In this document: positions 8,790 through 16,518 of the stretch, piece by piece
How positions within the stretch are numbered: position 1 is the first letter of the stretch
How the letters are laid out: every line of letters begins with the position of its first letter
IMG/VR virus record: IMGVR_UViG_3300025167_000048
Coordinates: 1 to 28,716 of that record
Direction: 5' to 3' (one strand)
Source: a virus
Taxonomy: Duplodnaviria > Caudoviricetes
Length of the DNA: 28,716 nt
Made by a program: the position numbers and the translations under genes
Notes under the pieces: generated by a model
Databases searched by the model: none
What the model was told of the DNA's origin: nothing
Seen by the model: only the letters and a program-made list of their open reading frames with translations

Positions 8790-9427
8790 GCGCAATGCGT
8801 GAGATCAGTATTGCTATTCGCGCTGAAAACCGCACAATGGGCGTATTCCGCACAATATCGGCTGACGTTTTGAGTTTAGGCATGGCTTTCGGAGCTCTTG
8901 ATTCGCAAACGGGTCGCACTGTCATGCAAATATTCTCGGTAGTGCGCTTAATGACGAGTTTGAAAGCGATTTTGGCGACAACAACAGCTACTCAGACCGC
9001 TCACAACGTCGCTGTTGGGACTGGCGCTGTAACCCAAACTACTTTAGCTGTGTCCACGACTGGGGCAGTGACCGCTCAAGTTGCTCAGAATACTGCTACG
9101 CAAACGGGCATAATATCTCAAACGTTGCATGCAGTTAGGTTAGGTATTAGTGCAGTGGCGCATGGAGTTTACGCCGCTGCCTGCTGGATCGCCACAGCAG
9201 CTCAGAACGCTTTAAACATAAGCTACGGGACGTTTTTGGCTTTGACTGGCGTGGGCATCGCGGTTATTGCGATCGCCGCAGCCGCCATGTGGAGCTTCGC
9301 GAACAGCATGAATGCGGCCACGTCCAGCGTACAGGGCTTTAATGAGGCTGCTGCTGAAACGCCTTCCCATGCTCGTGGTATTCAGCGTGCGGGCGAGGCG
9401 GATCTGTATCGTCAAGGAGTTGAGTAG
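8786..9427 (+). CDS. Very short tape measure protein
   Basis: N-terminal 'ISIAIRAEN', Ala/Thr-rich helical body and 'WIATAAQNALN...TGVGIAVIAIAA' TMP-type repeat; upstream of the hub. Confidence 0.7.
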   Translation: MSAMREISIAIRAENRTMGVFRTISADVLSLGMAFGALDSQTGRTVMQIFSVVRLMTSLKAILATTTATQTAHNVAVGTGAVTQTTLAVSTTGAVTAQVAQNTATQTGIISQTLHAVRLGISAVAHGVYAAACWIATAAQNALNISYGTFLALTGVGIAVIAIAAAAMWSFANSMNAATSSVQGFNEAAAETPSHARGIQRAGEADLYRQGVE

Positions 9428-9429
9428 TC

Positions 9430-11025
9430 ACGAGCGTTAATCCTCCAAACCTCACGATCGCTTTAGGTTCTGTTGGCGTTCCCCAGGGCGACGTGATCGA
9501 AGCCAGAGTGCACCTTGGCGCCACGAAAGAGGTTAGCAGTTGGGAGCTTCTCCTGCAGAACTGGAATGCGAAGTACAGTCCCGGAGGGACTTATCCGCTT
9601 AGCGTGGGTCAGGATGGCTATATCTGCATTGGTCGGGGCGCGAATGTTCCGCAGATCATCACTACGAGGACCGAGAGCGTCAAGTATGAGTCTAGTCCCA
9701 GCGAGAGTTACGTTCGCGTGAGCGGTCGATGCTGGGGCGAAAAGCTTTTCCGCCAGGTCCTAACGAAGACGTATTCCAGTCAAAAGGGCGAAGCGATCGT
9801 TAAGGACCTGTTGGATTACTATTCTGGGCTTAGTCATGTTCGGAATTTTGTGGAACTTGTGGAGAATACAAGCACGACCTTTACGCTTTTGGAATATGAG
9901 AATACGCCTGTCTGGGACATTCTAAGGGCTATTGCCGCTGCAAGCGATTTGGCTGGCGTGATCGGGTACGATTTTCGCATAGCCCCGGATGGCAAGGCCG
10001 AGTTTTTCCCAAGAAACAGCAAGAGCAATTCCGTGAGTTTGAGCGAGAAGATTGAGTATAGCGAGTATCGCAAGGACATTTTCAGGGTGCGAAACAGGGT
10101 CACGATTTATGGGGCGCCAGAGAAAAGCAGTCCAGCAGATAAGTTTTCATCAGTTGAAAGCCTTTCGCCAACAGAAGGTGCATGGACTGCAGTCGCGGGC
10201 TCCGTTAGCCTTGATAGCTCAAAGCATTATTCTGAAGCCACTGCGAGCATCAAAAACTCAACGGGAGCTAACTATTACGGTGCTAGCCTTTTCACTTTCG
10301 GGACTTCATATATTGTCGACGCCAACAGATTTCCTTTACTCTTCCTTGTGCTTGCGAGAGATTCTACGTTACCCGGCAATTTCAGCATTGTATTATTCGA
10401 TACTTCTGATAGGATTGCTCAATGTGAGATCGGTCAGATTGGCGATGATAAATGGGTTCTTGAACAACTCAAGGTTGGCTCTGCGTATGCTGATCAATGG
10501 GCTGTTGAAGCTAATTTTGATTGGACGCATATCTGGCGTGTTAAAGTCGTAGGTTGGTGCACTGGTACGACACCTGGTAACTTCTGGGTTGGGCAATTAT
10601 TTTTCGGTGGTTGCCGCTATAGCTCGATGCAAGAGAATACCACAAGCCAAACCGCTTATGGCCTCCGCATGTTCGCTGACACAGATGAGGAGCTTTACAG
10701 CGATAACGAATGCATGTTGCGAGCGAAAGCGATTCTCGCTAACTTGAAGGATCCTGCAGAGTACCTTACAATTCGCAGCACGGTTATCGACTATGGCAAT
10801 ACACCTCTTCTGGCAGGAGATAAAATCAACGTTACTCTGCCCAACGAGAATGTGAACGCCGATTTCCGCATTCTGAGCGTTGAGTATTTGGTCGACGCGA
10901 AGACCCAAACGCTTGAGAGCACCTTGGAGCTGGGGCGTGAGGTTCCGCTCCTGGCTGATTACGTGTATGCTTTGCGCAGCAAAATCGACCATGTTAGTAG
11001 ACACAAAATTGCGAGGTTATTCTAG
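9430..11025 (+). CDS. Baseplate hub / tail-tip protein with an inserted carbohydrate-binding-like domain
   Basis: Hub features 'VRVSGRCW', 'RVRNRVTIYG', 'SQTAYGLR' and 'LLAGDKINV...FRILSVEY'. The frame is open upstream of GTG 9493 back to 9424. Confidence 0.7.
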   Translation, partial: TSVNPPNLTIALGSVGVPQGDVIEARVHLGATKEVSSWELLLQNWNAKYSPGGTYPLSVGQDGYICIGRGANVPQIITTRTESVKYESSPSESYVRVSGRCWGEKLFRQVLTKTYSSQKGEAIVKDLLDYYSGLSHVRNFVELVENTSTTFTLLEYENTPVWDILRAIAAASDLAGVIGYDFRIAPDGKAEFFPRNSKSNSVSLSEKIEYSEYRKDIFRVRNRVTIYGAPEKSSPADKFSSVESLSPTEGAWTAVAGSVSLDSSKHYSEATASIKNSTGANYYGASLFTFGTSYIVDANRFPLLFLVLARDSTLPGNFSIVLFDTSDRIAQCEIGQIGDDKWVLEQLKVGSAYADQWAVEANFDWTHIWRVKVVGWCTGTTPGNFWVGQLFFGGCRYSSMQENTTSQTAYGLRMFADTDEELYSDNECMLRAKAILANLKDPAEYLTIRSTVIDYGNTPLLAGDKINVTLPNENVNADFRILSVEYLVDAKTQTLESTLELGREVPLLADYVYALRSKIDHVSRHKIARLF

Positions 11026-11379
11026 ATGGATAAGCATGTTTTGAAGCAAATTAAGGAATTTGAGAAGGGCGATTATCTCAAAATCAGTTGGTTTGATGCC
11101 TCAGATGCTCGCGGTCCGTTGGCGGAGCATAAAAAGCCCGAATGCCTCGTGGATGAATGGGGCGTTTTCCTCGGCATTGAAGGGTCACCTGAACATTTGC
11201 TGCTAGGGAAGCATTACGTGCGTAGTGATCATGTTTGGGAGGCTACACGCATTCCTGTTACGCTTATCAAAAACGTTGAGCTTATTGCGAAGCATGCCTC
11301 ACCCTCTGTTTTTCTGCGAAAATATATGTTAGTTGTGCCTCCACGGAAAAATATTGTGCGGGTGAAAAATGGTGACTGA
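11026..11379 (+). CDS. Hypothetical small beta-barrel protein
   Basis: 'GDYLKISWFDA...WGVFLG...IPVTLIKNVE' pattern; abuts the hub stop codon. Confidence 0.6.
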   Translation: MDKHVLKQIKEFEKGDYLKISWFDASDARGPLAEHKKPECLVDEWGVFLGIEGSPEHLLLGKHYVRSDHVWEATRIPVTLIKNVELIAKHASPSVFLRKYMLVVPPRKNIVRVKNGD

Positions 11380-11629
11380 TTGGGTCCGCAGGGCTTTGAC
11401 GCGGAAAGTCAAGCGCAAGGGTACTCGTGGTAACCAGCATGTGATTGTTGCCGAACCGGATGAGAAGCTTGTGTACGTAGTAAAATTCGCGTTAGGCATG
11501 ACCGCTTGCTTATCAGGCCTCGAGGTCGCACATATGGCGTTTTTGCATTCTTGGAACGCTGAGATTTTCGTTGCCATCTCCAGCTTGATCACCTTCGTGT
11601 CTGGCATAATCATAGGGCAGAAGGCTTAA
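11369..11629 (+). CDS. Small membrane protein with two TM helices (holin candidate)
   Basis: Basic N-terminus plus two hydrophobic stretches; located at the end of the tail module. Confidence 0.5.
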   Translation: MVTDWVRRALTRKVKRKGTRGNQHVIVAEPDEKLVYVVKFALGMTACLSGLEVAHMAFLHSWNAEIFVAISSLITFVSGIIIGQKA

Positions 11630-11646
11630 GCGATGAGGATAGGTGA

Positions 11647-11985
11647 ATGATGAAAAAAAAGAATTCTTTTTTTTATCATGTGGGTGATGAGGATTACGGG
11701 CGTGTTTTCCGTCGTATAACGCGGAAATTGAGGAAATTGAAGAAGAAAGACTTTGTTAAGGCTGAATCTTTTGCGGCTCGGGATGAAGTTTGCAGGGTCT
11801 TCGCTGCTGAATGTTTTGACCTGTCTAAGAAATTTGCTGCTAATGGCGATGAGAAGCTTAGTTTGCAATATGCTAAGTTAGCTGCCAGGCTGCTAGGGCT
11901 TTCGTTGCGTCCTAAGAAGTTGAGTGATTTGGATGAGATTAAGAAGGCTTTGGCTGAGTTGAAGGCGCAGGAGAAGGCTGAGTAG
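11647..11985 (+). CDS. Putative terminase small subunit
   Basis: Basic, helical 112-aa protein with AGGTGA SD, overlapping the terL start. Positional inference only. Confidence 0.45.
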   Translation: MMKKKNSFFYHVGDEDYGRVFRRITRKLRKLKKKDFVKAESFAARDEVCRVFAAECFDLSKKFAANGDEKLSLQYAKLAARLLGLSLRPKKLSDLDEIKKALAELKAQEKAE

Positions 11986-13544
11986 TGTCATGGCGAAGTT
12001 TGCCTGGTAGTGTTGCGGGTCTTTGGCGTGAGATTGAGAAGATTCAGTCTGTTAGGGTGTCGATGGAGGATAGGCGCAAGATATGGTTTCTGGCTAAAGT
12101 GCTTGCTGACTTGAGCGGGCAGAGTGTTGATGTTGTTTTTCGGAGAATCAAGCCGCGCAGCGAATCTGACCTCAACGCTATTTACGCTTTGTACGATAAG
12201 TGCCAAGGTCACAGCATCGAAGAACTCGGTGAGGATCCTCTGTTTTCAGAGGTTTTCCTGAATTTCAAGCATAAGAAGTATCAACTGAAGTTCGCGGTTA
12301 GCCAAGCTAGGCAACAGACAGTGTTGTGGACTCGGCAGGGCGGAAAAACCACATCTATCGGCGTGAAGTTGTTTAAGCGTCGTGTTCGGCGTCCCGGTAG
12401 TCAAGCAACTATTACGGGTCCTGGATTGAGGCAAGCTAAGCTTGTTATTGAGAAGCTGTCTGATGTTCTTAGCAGGATGGATCCTGTAGCGCATAAGGCG
12501 TGGGTTGAGAAGGTTCTAAAAACAACTATTCGCCTGAGGAATCGTTCGCGTTTGAAGGCTTTTCCCTTCAGTTTAGAGAAGCTTCGGGGCGAAACTAGCG
12601 ACGATGTGGATGTGGAGGAAGCGGCGTTCATTAAGGAGCTTGAAGAGTTGGTGCAGGGTACACTTATTCCTCAGATGGCTACTCGTTGGGACCGAGGGGC
12701 ATCGATTGTTTTGAATAGTACGCCTTGGGATAAGAAGAGTTACTATTACAAGACGTTGCATGTTCCTGAGGTGTCGAAGTTTTGGATACCTTTTGTTGCC
12801 GATTACCATGAAGCTGTTAAGGAAGACTTAATCACACAGGGATTTATTGATTTGCAGCGTCAGCAGTTGGATCCTGACCGTTTTTCCAGAGAGTATGAAT
12901 GCAAGTTTACTGAAGATAGAGGGCGTTGGCTTAGTCAAGAGCTGATAACCAAGTGTGTAGATTCGAGTATTGTGGAGCCTTGGCGTTTCGAGGATAACTT
13001 TGAAGGCTTGGAATTCTATGGCGGGTTCGATATTGGCCAGGAACATGATAATGCGGCTTTCAGCGTTGTAGAAAAAGTGGGCGAAGTGCGTTTTCTGCGC
13101 TATAGCTACGTTTTTCCTCTGGGAACAAGATATGATGTTCTTACGAGTCACGCAAAGGTTTTGTCTGATCGCTGGCAGACGCTGGTCAGGCTTCTTATTG
13201 ATGCGACTAACGAGAGAGCGCAGGCTGAATCTATGGCAACGCAGATTGAGGGCGCGGAGGGTGTTGCTTTATCGCTTCAGTGGAAGCAAAAGGCAGCTAG
13301 TTATCTCAAGCAGTTAATGGGAAAGAAACAGTTTAAGTATTATTTTGACCCGGATTTGATTGCGGATTTGGCGATTGAACAGTTCGAGGAGTTGCCAGGC
13401 AAGTCGGCTGAGGGTGAAGGGAATATCAGGTTTTTCCATGCCCCTGGCACACATGACGACCGCTTTTGGAGTATTGTTTTAGCGGTGGCGGCGTCAATGG
13501 AAGAGGAGTTCGAGTCGGTGTTGGAGGTGTTCAGAGTTGGGTAA
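11985..13544 (+). CDS. terL: Terminase large subunit
   Basis: Walker A 'TRQGGKTT', Walker B 'VDVEEAAF', coupling motif 'NSTP', 'SREYECKF', and RNase H-like nuclease motifs 'GGFDIG..HD' and 'HDDRFWS'. Confidence 0.92.
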   Translation: MSWRSLPGSVAGLWREIEKIQSVRVSMEDRRKIWFLAKVLADLSGQSVDVVFRRIKPRSESDLNAIYALYDKCQGHSIEELGEDPLFSEVFLNFKHKKYQLKFAVSQARQQTVLWTRQGGKTTSIGVKLFKRRVRRPGSQATITGPGLRQAKLVIEKLSDVLSRMDPVAHKAWVEKVLKTTIRLRNRSRLKAFPFSLEKLRGETSDDVDVEEAAFIKELEELVQGTLIPQMATRWDRGASIVLNSTPWDKKSYYYKTLHVPEVSKFWIPFVADYHEAVKEDLITQGFIDLQRQQLDPDRFSREYECKFTEDRGRWLSQELITKCVDSSIVEPWRFEDNFEGLEFYGGFDIGQEHDNAAFSVVEKVGEVRFLRYSYVFPLGTRYDVLTSHAKVLSDRWQTLVRLLIDATNERAQAESMATQIEGAEGVALSLQWKQKAASYLKQLMGKKQFKYYFDPDLIADLAIEQFEELPGKSAEGEGNIRFFHAPGTHDDRFWSIVLAVAASMEEEFESVLEVFRVG

Positions 13545-13605
13545 GCTCAAGGATGTAAGGCGCAAATTGGCTAGGCATAAGGTGCTGGGTGATGGCCGCT
13601 GATTT

Positions 13606-13633
13606 ACTACGTACATACTGGGATGTACGTGGT
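13606..13633. repeat. 28-bp inverted repeat with 11-6-11 geometry (candidate recombination site or operator)
   Basis: ACTACGTACAT-ACTGGG-ATGTACGTGGT; arms match at 10/11 positions; intergenic. Confidence 0.75.
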
Positions 13634-13691
13634 GTTTTCACTTTAACTCACCTCTCTCTCCGCGGTTGCAGAGTGTCTTTTCTAGAGCGCT

Positions 13692-13714
13692 GTTTTAAAG
13701 TCTCTATATATAAG
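13692..13714 (+). promoter_or_regulatory. TATA-box promoter for the ABC-GNAT gene (possibly leaderless)
   Basis: ttttaaag and tatatataag lie about 20-40 nt upstream of TTG 13734. Confidence 0.5.
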
Positions 13715-13733
13715 GGTCTTTGCGTGATCTGCC

Positions 13734-15188
13734 TTGAGGGATCGCAGGGAGCATTTTAAGATTCGCAGGGTCCGCCGGGTTTATGATCGTTCAAGTAGTA
13801 AGTTTGCGTTTAATATTTCTTATGAGACTGCGGTTCAGTTGACGCCGAGGACTGTTGTTGTGGCTGAGGCCTTCGGGTTGGGCGTTGACGATTCGCAGAA
13901 GTTCACGGTTCTTAATACGGAATTGAAGATAAGTCCTTCTGACATCGTATTGATCACTGGCGATAGTGGCAGCGGCAAGAGCGTTTTATTACGCGCGATC
14001 AGGGCAGATTTGAGAGATGAGGCTGTTGACATGTCTGAGGTTCAGGTGATTCCTGATAAGCCGCTTATCGAGACTATAGGCGCTACTGTTGAAGAGGGCT
14101 TGGAGCTGCTCAGCAAAGTGGGCCTGAATGATGCTTTTCTTTTCCTACGTACATACGATCAGTTGAGTGATGGCCAGAAGTACCGTTATCGCCTTGCCAA
14201 ATTCTTGGAAAGTAAGGCGCAATGGTGGCTTATGGATGAATTCGCGGCTACGCTTGACCGTGATACGGCGAAGATTATCGCTTTTAACGTTCAGAAGTTG
14301 GCTCGGCAGCAGGGCAAAGCTGTTCTCGCTGCGACTACGCATGATGATCTCTTTGAGGATCTGTCGCCTTCGGTGCACGTGCATAAGCGTTTCGGCGAAG
14401 AAATTGAGGTTAAGGAATTCCCGAATAAGGCGGCTGCCGAATGCAGTCTCTTGAAAGAGATGAAGGTTGAGGGCGGACTTCTGGATGATTGGCGTAAACT
14501 AAGCGTTTTTCACTATCGCAGCCACAGCGTTGGAGCCAGAAGGGATATTTTCAGTTTAAGGTTTCGCGGTTGGCTTGTTGGCGTGATCGTGTATTGTTAT
14601 CCGCCTCCGAATTGCGGTGGCCGCGGACTTGTGCTGCCGCGCATGCCCATCAAAGAGTTGAATAGGAAACTGAGCATTATTAGCCGTGTCGTAATACATC
14701 CTAAATACCGCACTATCGGCTTAGGCGCAAAGTTGATCCGTGAGTCGTTACCGCTCATTCATACGCCTTTTGTGGAGATGATTGCTGTTATGGCGAAGTA
14801 TAATCCGTTTGCGGAGCGTGCGGGCATGCGCCGGGTTGTCGTGAAGGAGGCGGCTGAGGAGGCCTTGGGCATGGCGGAGGTCCTGAAGGGTTTTGGCTTT
14901 GACGTGCAGTTGTTGGCTAGTGAGCGGTATGTACGTGGTAAACTCGCGGGTTTGAATCCCGCCCAACTGAGCGAATTAAAAGAGGCTTTCGTTAAGAATG
15001 ATTATCCGCGGTTCCGAAGAGAGATTGCTGCGCTTCGTCATGTGCCTTATGGTACCACAGCAGCCTTTCGGGAAGGAATAGCGGGTGCGGATTTGGAGAA
15101 GATAGCGAAGTTGATTAGGATTGTTGGGGTTCTTCTTCAGACGAAGGTTTATTTATTTTGGAGCAGAGACGAAATTCGTAAGCCGTAA
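13734..15188 (+). CDS. Soluble ABC-ATPase fused to a GNAT (Mom-like) acyltransferase
   Basis: Walker A GDSGSGKS, signature LSDGQ, Walker B LMDEF and H-loop ATTH. C-terminal 'FHYRSH' and acyl-CoA motif A 'SRVVIHPKYRTIGLG'. No permease nearby. Confidence 0.85.
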   Translation: MRDRREHFKIRRVRRVYDRSSSKFAFNISYETAVQLTPRTVVVAEAFGLGVDDSQKFTVLNTELKISPSDIVLITGDSGSGKSVLLRAIRADLRDEAVDMSEVQVIPDKPLIETIGATVEEGLELLSKVGLNDAFLFLRTYDQLSDGQKYRYRLAKFLESKAQWWLMDEFAATLDRDTAKIIAFNVQKLARQQGKAVLAATTHDDLFEDLSPSVHVHKRFGEEIEVKEFPNKAAAECSLLKEMKVEGGLLDDWRKLSVFHYRSHSVGARRDIFSLRFRGWLVGVIVYCYPPPNCGGRGLVLPRMPIKELNRKLSIISRVVIHPKYRTIGLGAKLIRESLPLIHTPFVEMIAVMAKYNPFAERAGMRRVVVKEAAEEALGMAEVLKGFGFDVQLLASERYVRGKLAGLNPAQLSELKEAFVKNDYPRFRREIAALRHVPYGTTAAFREGIAGADLEKIAKLIRIVGVLLQTKVYLFWSRDEIRKP

Positions 15189-15465
15189 CGGTTTGTTCTG
15201 GGTTCCAAGCGCCATTTATGTTAATCCATGCTTCGCGGAATTCTTCGATGTTGCTGAATCCTTCGGCTTTGGCGTCTTCCAGGGTGATATCTCCTAGGCG
15301 TTGTTGTGATGTACGTAGTATTGTGATGTGGCCTTGTGATTTCTGATAGCGTCTGCAGGTTATTCCGTAGGTGTGGCCGACTTTGAGGGCTCGCTTGTGG
15401 ATCCTGCGGCTTTGTGTTTTGCTGCCATCTAGAACCTTCGCTAGTAGCGGCTTTTTGAAGAGCAT
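15115..15465 (-). CDS. ASCH (PUA-like) domain protein
   Basis: Likely start ATG 15465: MLFKKPLLAKVLDGSKTQSRR (GxKxx[TS]xR motif) and 'RLGDITLEDAKAEG'. Confidence 0.85.
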   Translation of the reverse strand: MLFKKPLLAKVLDGSKTQSRRIHKRALKVGHTYGITCRRYQKSQGHITILRTSQQRLGDITLEDAKAEGFSNIEEFREAWININGAWNPEQTVTAYEFRLCSKINKPSSEEEPQQS

Positions 15466-15484
15466 AATCCTTAGCTTCTCCCTT

Positions 15485-16054
15485 TCAGGATTGAACTTGG
15501 TGTGCTTGGCGATCTCTTTTAGCTTCACGTTTCCTTTTAGCTTCTTTGCGCAGGACCTCAGCGGTTCTTTCAAAGTCCTCAGGGGTCTCTAGTTTAATCT
15601 CAGCCATAGGTGTCATGACACCTACTGCCTTCTTTGCGGCTTCCATTCTAGCTTTTTCTATGGCTTCTTTTCTATCTTTTATTAGTTCCTCAGTTTGCGA
15701 GACGCTTATTCGCCTAAGCATAATTTCTCTTGCAATTCTCGTAGCATCTTCCACGTTAGCTCCGATTACTGGCTCTAATCTTTGGATATGACTGATGCTA
15801 AGGTCTCCACTCCAAACAGCATCTTGGATGTCATCTGGGAACTTGAAGACGTTAATATGTGCTAAAACCCAGCTATCATCAACGCTAAGTTCTTTCCCAA
15901 TTTGGTAAAAAGTCATTCCGCCTTCTCGGAGTTCGCTTTTTTCGGGTTTGATATAGCAGTCCATTTTGGCTTGGTCTTGCATGAAGAGGCGTTCGGCTTC
16001 TTCCCAGATCATTTCGCGGATGTGTGGCCAGAATTTTCCTTTCGCTCTTTGCAT
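15485..16054 (-). CDS. Chimeric protein containing a ParB/Spo0J-type HTH region without the ParB CTPase domain
   Basis: 'MTFYQIGKELSVDDSWVLAHINVFKFPDDIQDAVWSGDLSISH...ISVSQTEELI' matches the Spo0J central-domain pattern. Confidence 0.6.
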   Translation of the reverse strand: MQRAKGKFWPHIREMIWEEAERLFMQDQAKMDCYIKPEKSELREGGMTFYQIGKELSVDDSWVLAHINVFKFPDDIQDAVWSGDLSISHIQRLEPVIGANVEDATRIAREIMLRRISVSQTEELIKDRKEAIEKARMEAAKKAVGVMTPMAEIKLETPEDFERTAEVLRKEAKRKREAKRDRQAHQVQS

Positions 16055-16068
16055 TCCCTTCTTCCCTT

Positions 16069-16287
16069 CTATACGGCGATGATGGCTAGGCTGCGTGTTT
16101 CTCGGCAGTAGTGGCCTTCGAAGGTTTCTACGGCGCCCTGGAAAATCCGATTCAGCTTCTCCCGGAGAGGATCATAAGGCGGAACCCGCACCACATTCTT
16201 CTCACAGATATTATAGAATTTCTCTCCGTTGAAGCTGAAAAGGAATAACCAACGCTTATCAGGATGGCGCTTCATGAATATTTGCAT
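16069..16287 (-). CDS. Small hypothetical protein
   Basis: First gene of the leftward operon; GAGGA SD upstream on the minus strand. Confidence 0.5.
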   Translation of the reverse strand: MQIFMKRHPDKRWLFLFSFNGEKFYNICEKNVVRVPPYDPLREKLNRIFQGAVETFEGHYCRETRSLAIIAV

Positions 16288-16350
16288 CGTTCTATTCCTC
16301 GTTCTATATTACGTTAGCGTTATATTTAAATATTACGCCAACGTTCTATT
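16288..16350. promoter_or_regulatory. Divergent promoter with repeated operator-like boxes
   Basis: Palindromic TATTTAAATA at 16323-16332; CGTTCTAT at 16288, 16300 and 16342. Confidence 0.6.
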
Positions 16351-16365
16351 CAGATGGGAATAAAC

Positions 16366-16518
16366 ATGCCAATAACATTCACAAGAGCAGTTTTCAAATC
16401 AGGTGACAGTTACAGAATAACAATTCCAATGGAGATCATAAAAGCCCTTGAAATCAAGGAAAAAGAACAACTGAAAATCTGGCTCGATAATAGCCACATC
16501 ATTATGGAGAAAATTTAA
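16366..16518 (+). CDS. AbrB/MazE/SpoVT-family DNA-binding protein (not in the ORF track)
   Basis: MPITFTRAVFKSGDSYRITIPMEIIKALEIKEKEQLKIWLDNSHIIMEKI is a classic swapped-hairpin pattern. Confidence 0.85.
   Translation: MPITFTRAVFKSGDSYRITIPMEIIKALEIKEKEQLKIWLDNSHIIMEKI

Noticed and set aside
13734-14450. ABC transporter annotation
   Set aside because: No membrane permease or substrate-binding gene is present, and the ATPase is fused to a GNAT domain.
15607-15624. Perfect 18-bp palindrome TAGGTGTCATGACACCTA inside the ParB-like gene (parS?)
   Set aside because: Single copy, inside coding sequence and unlike the known parS consensus. About 0.1 such palindromes are expected by chance in this length.
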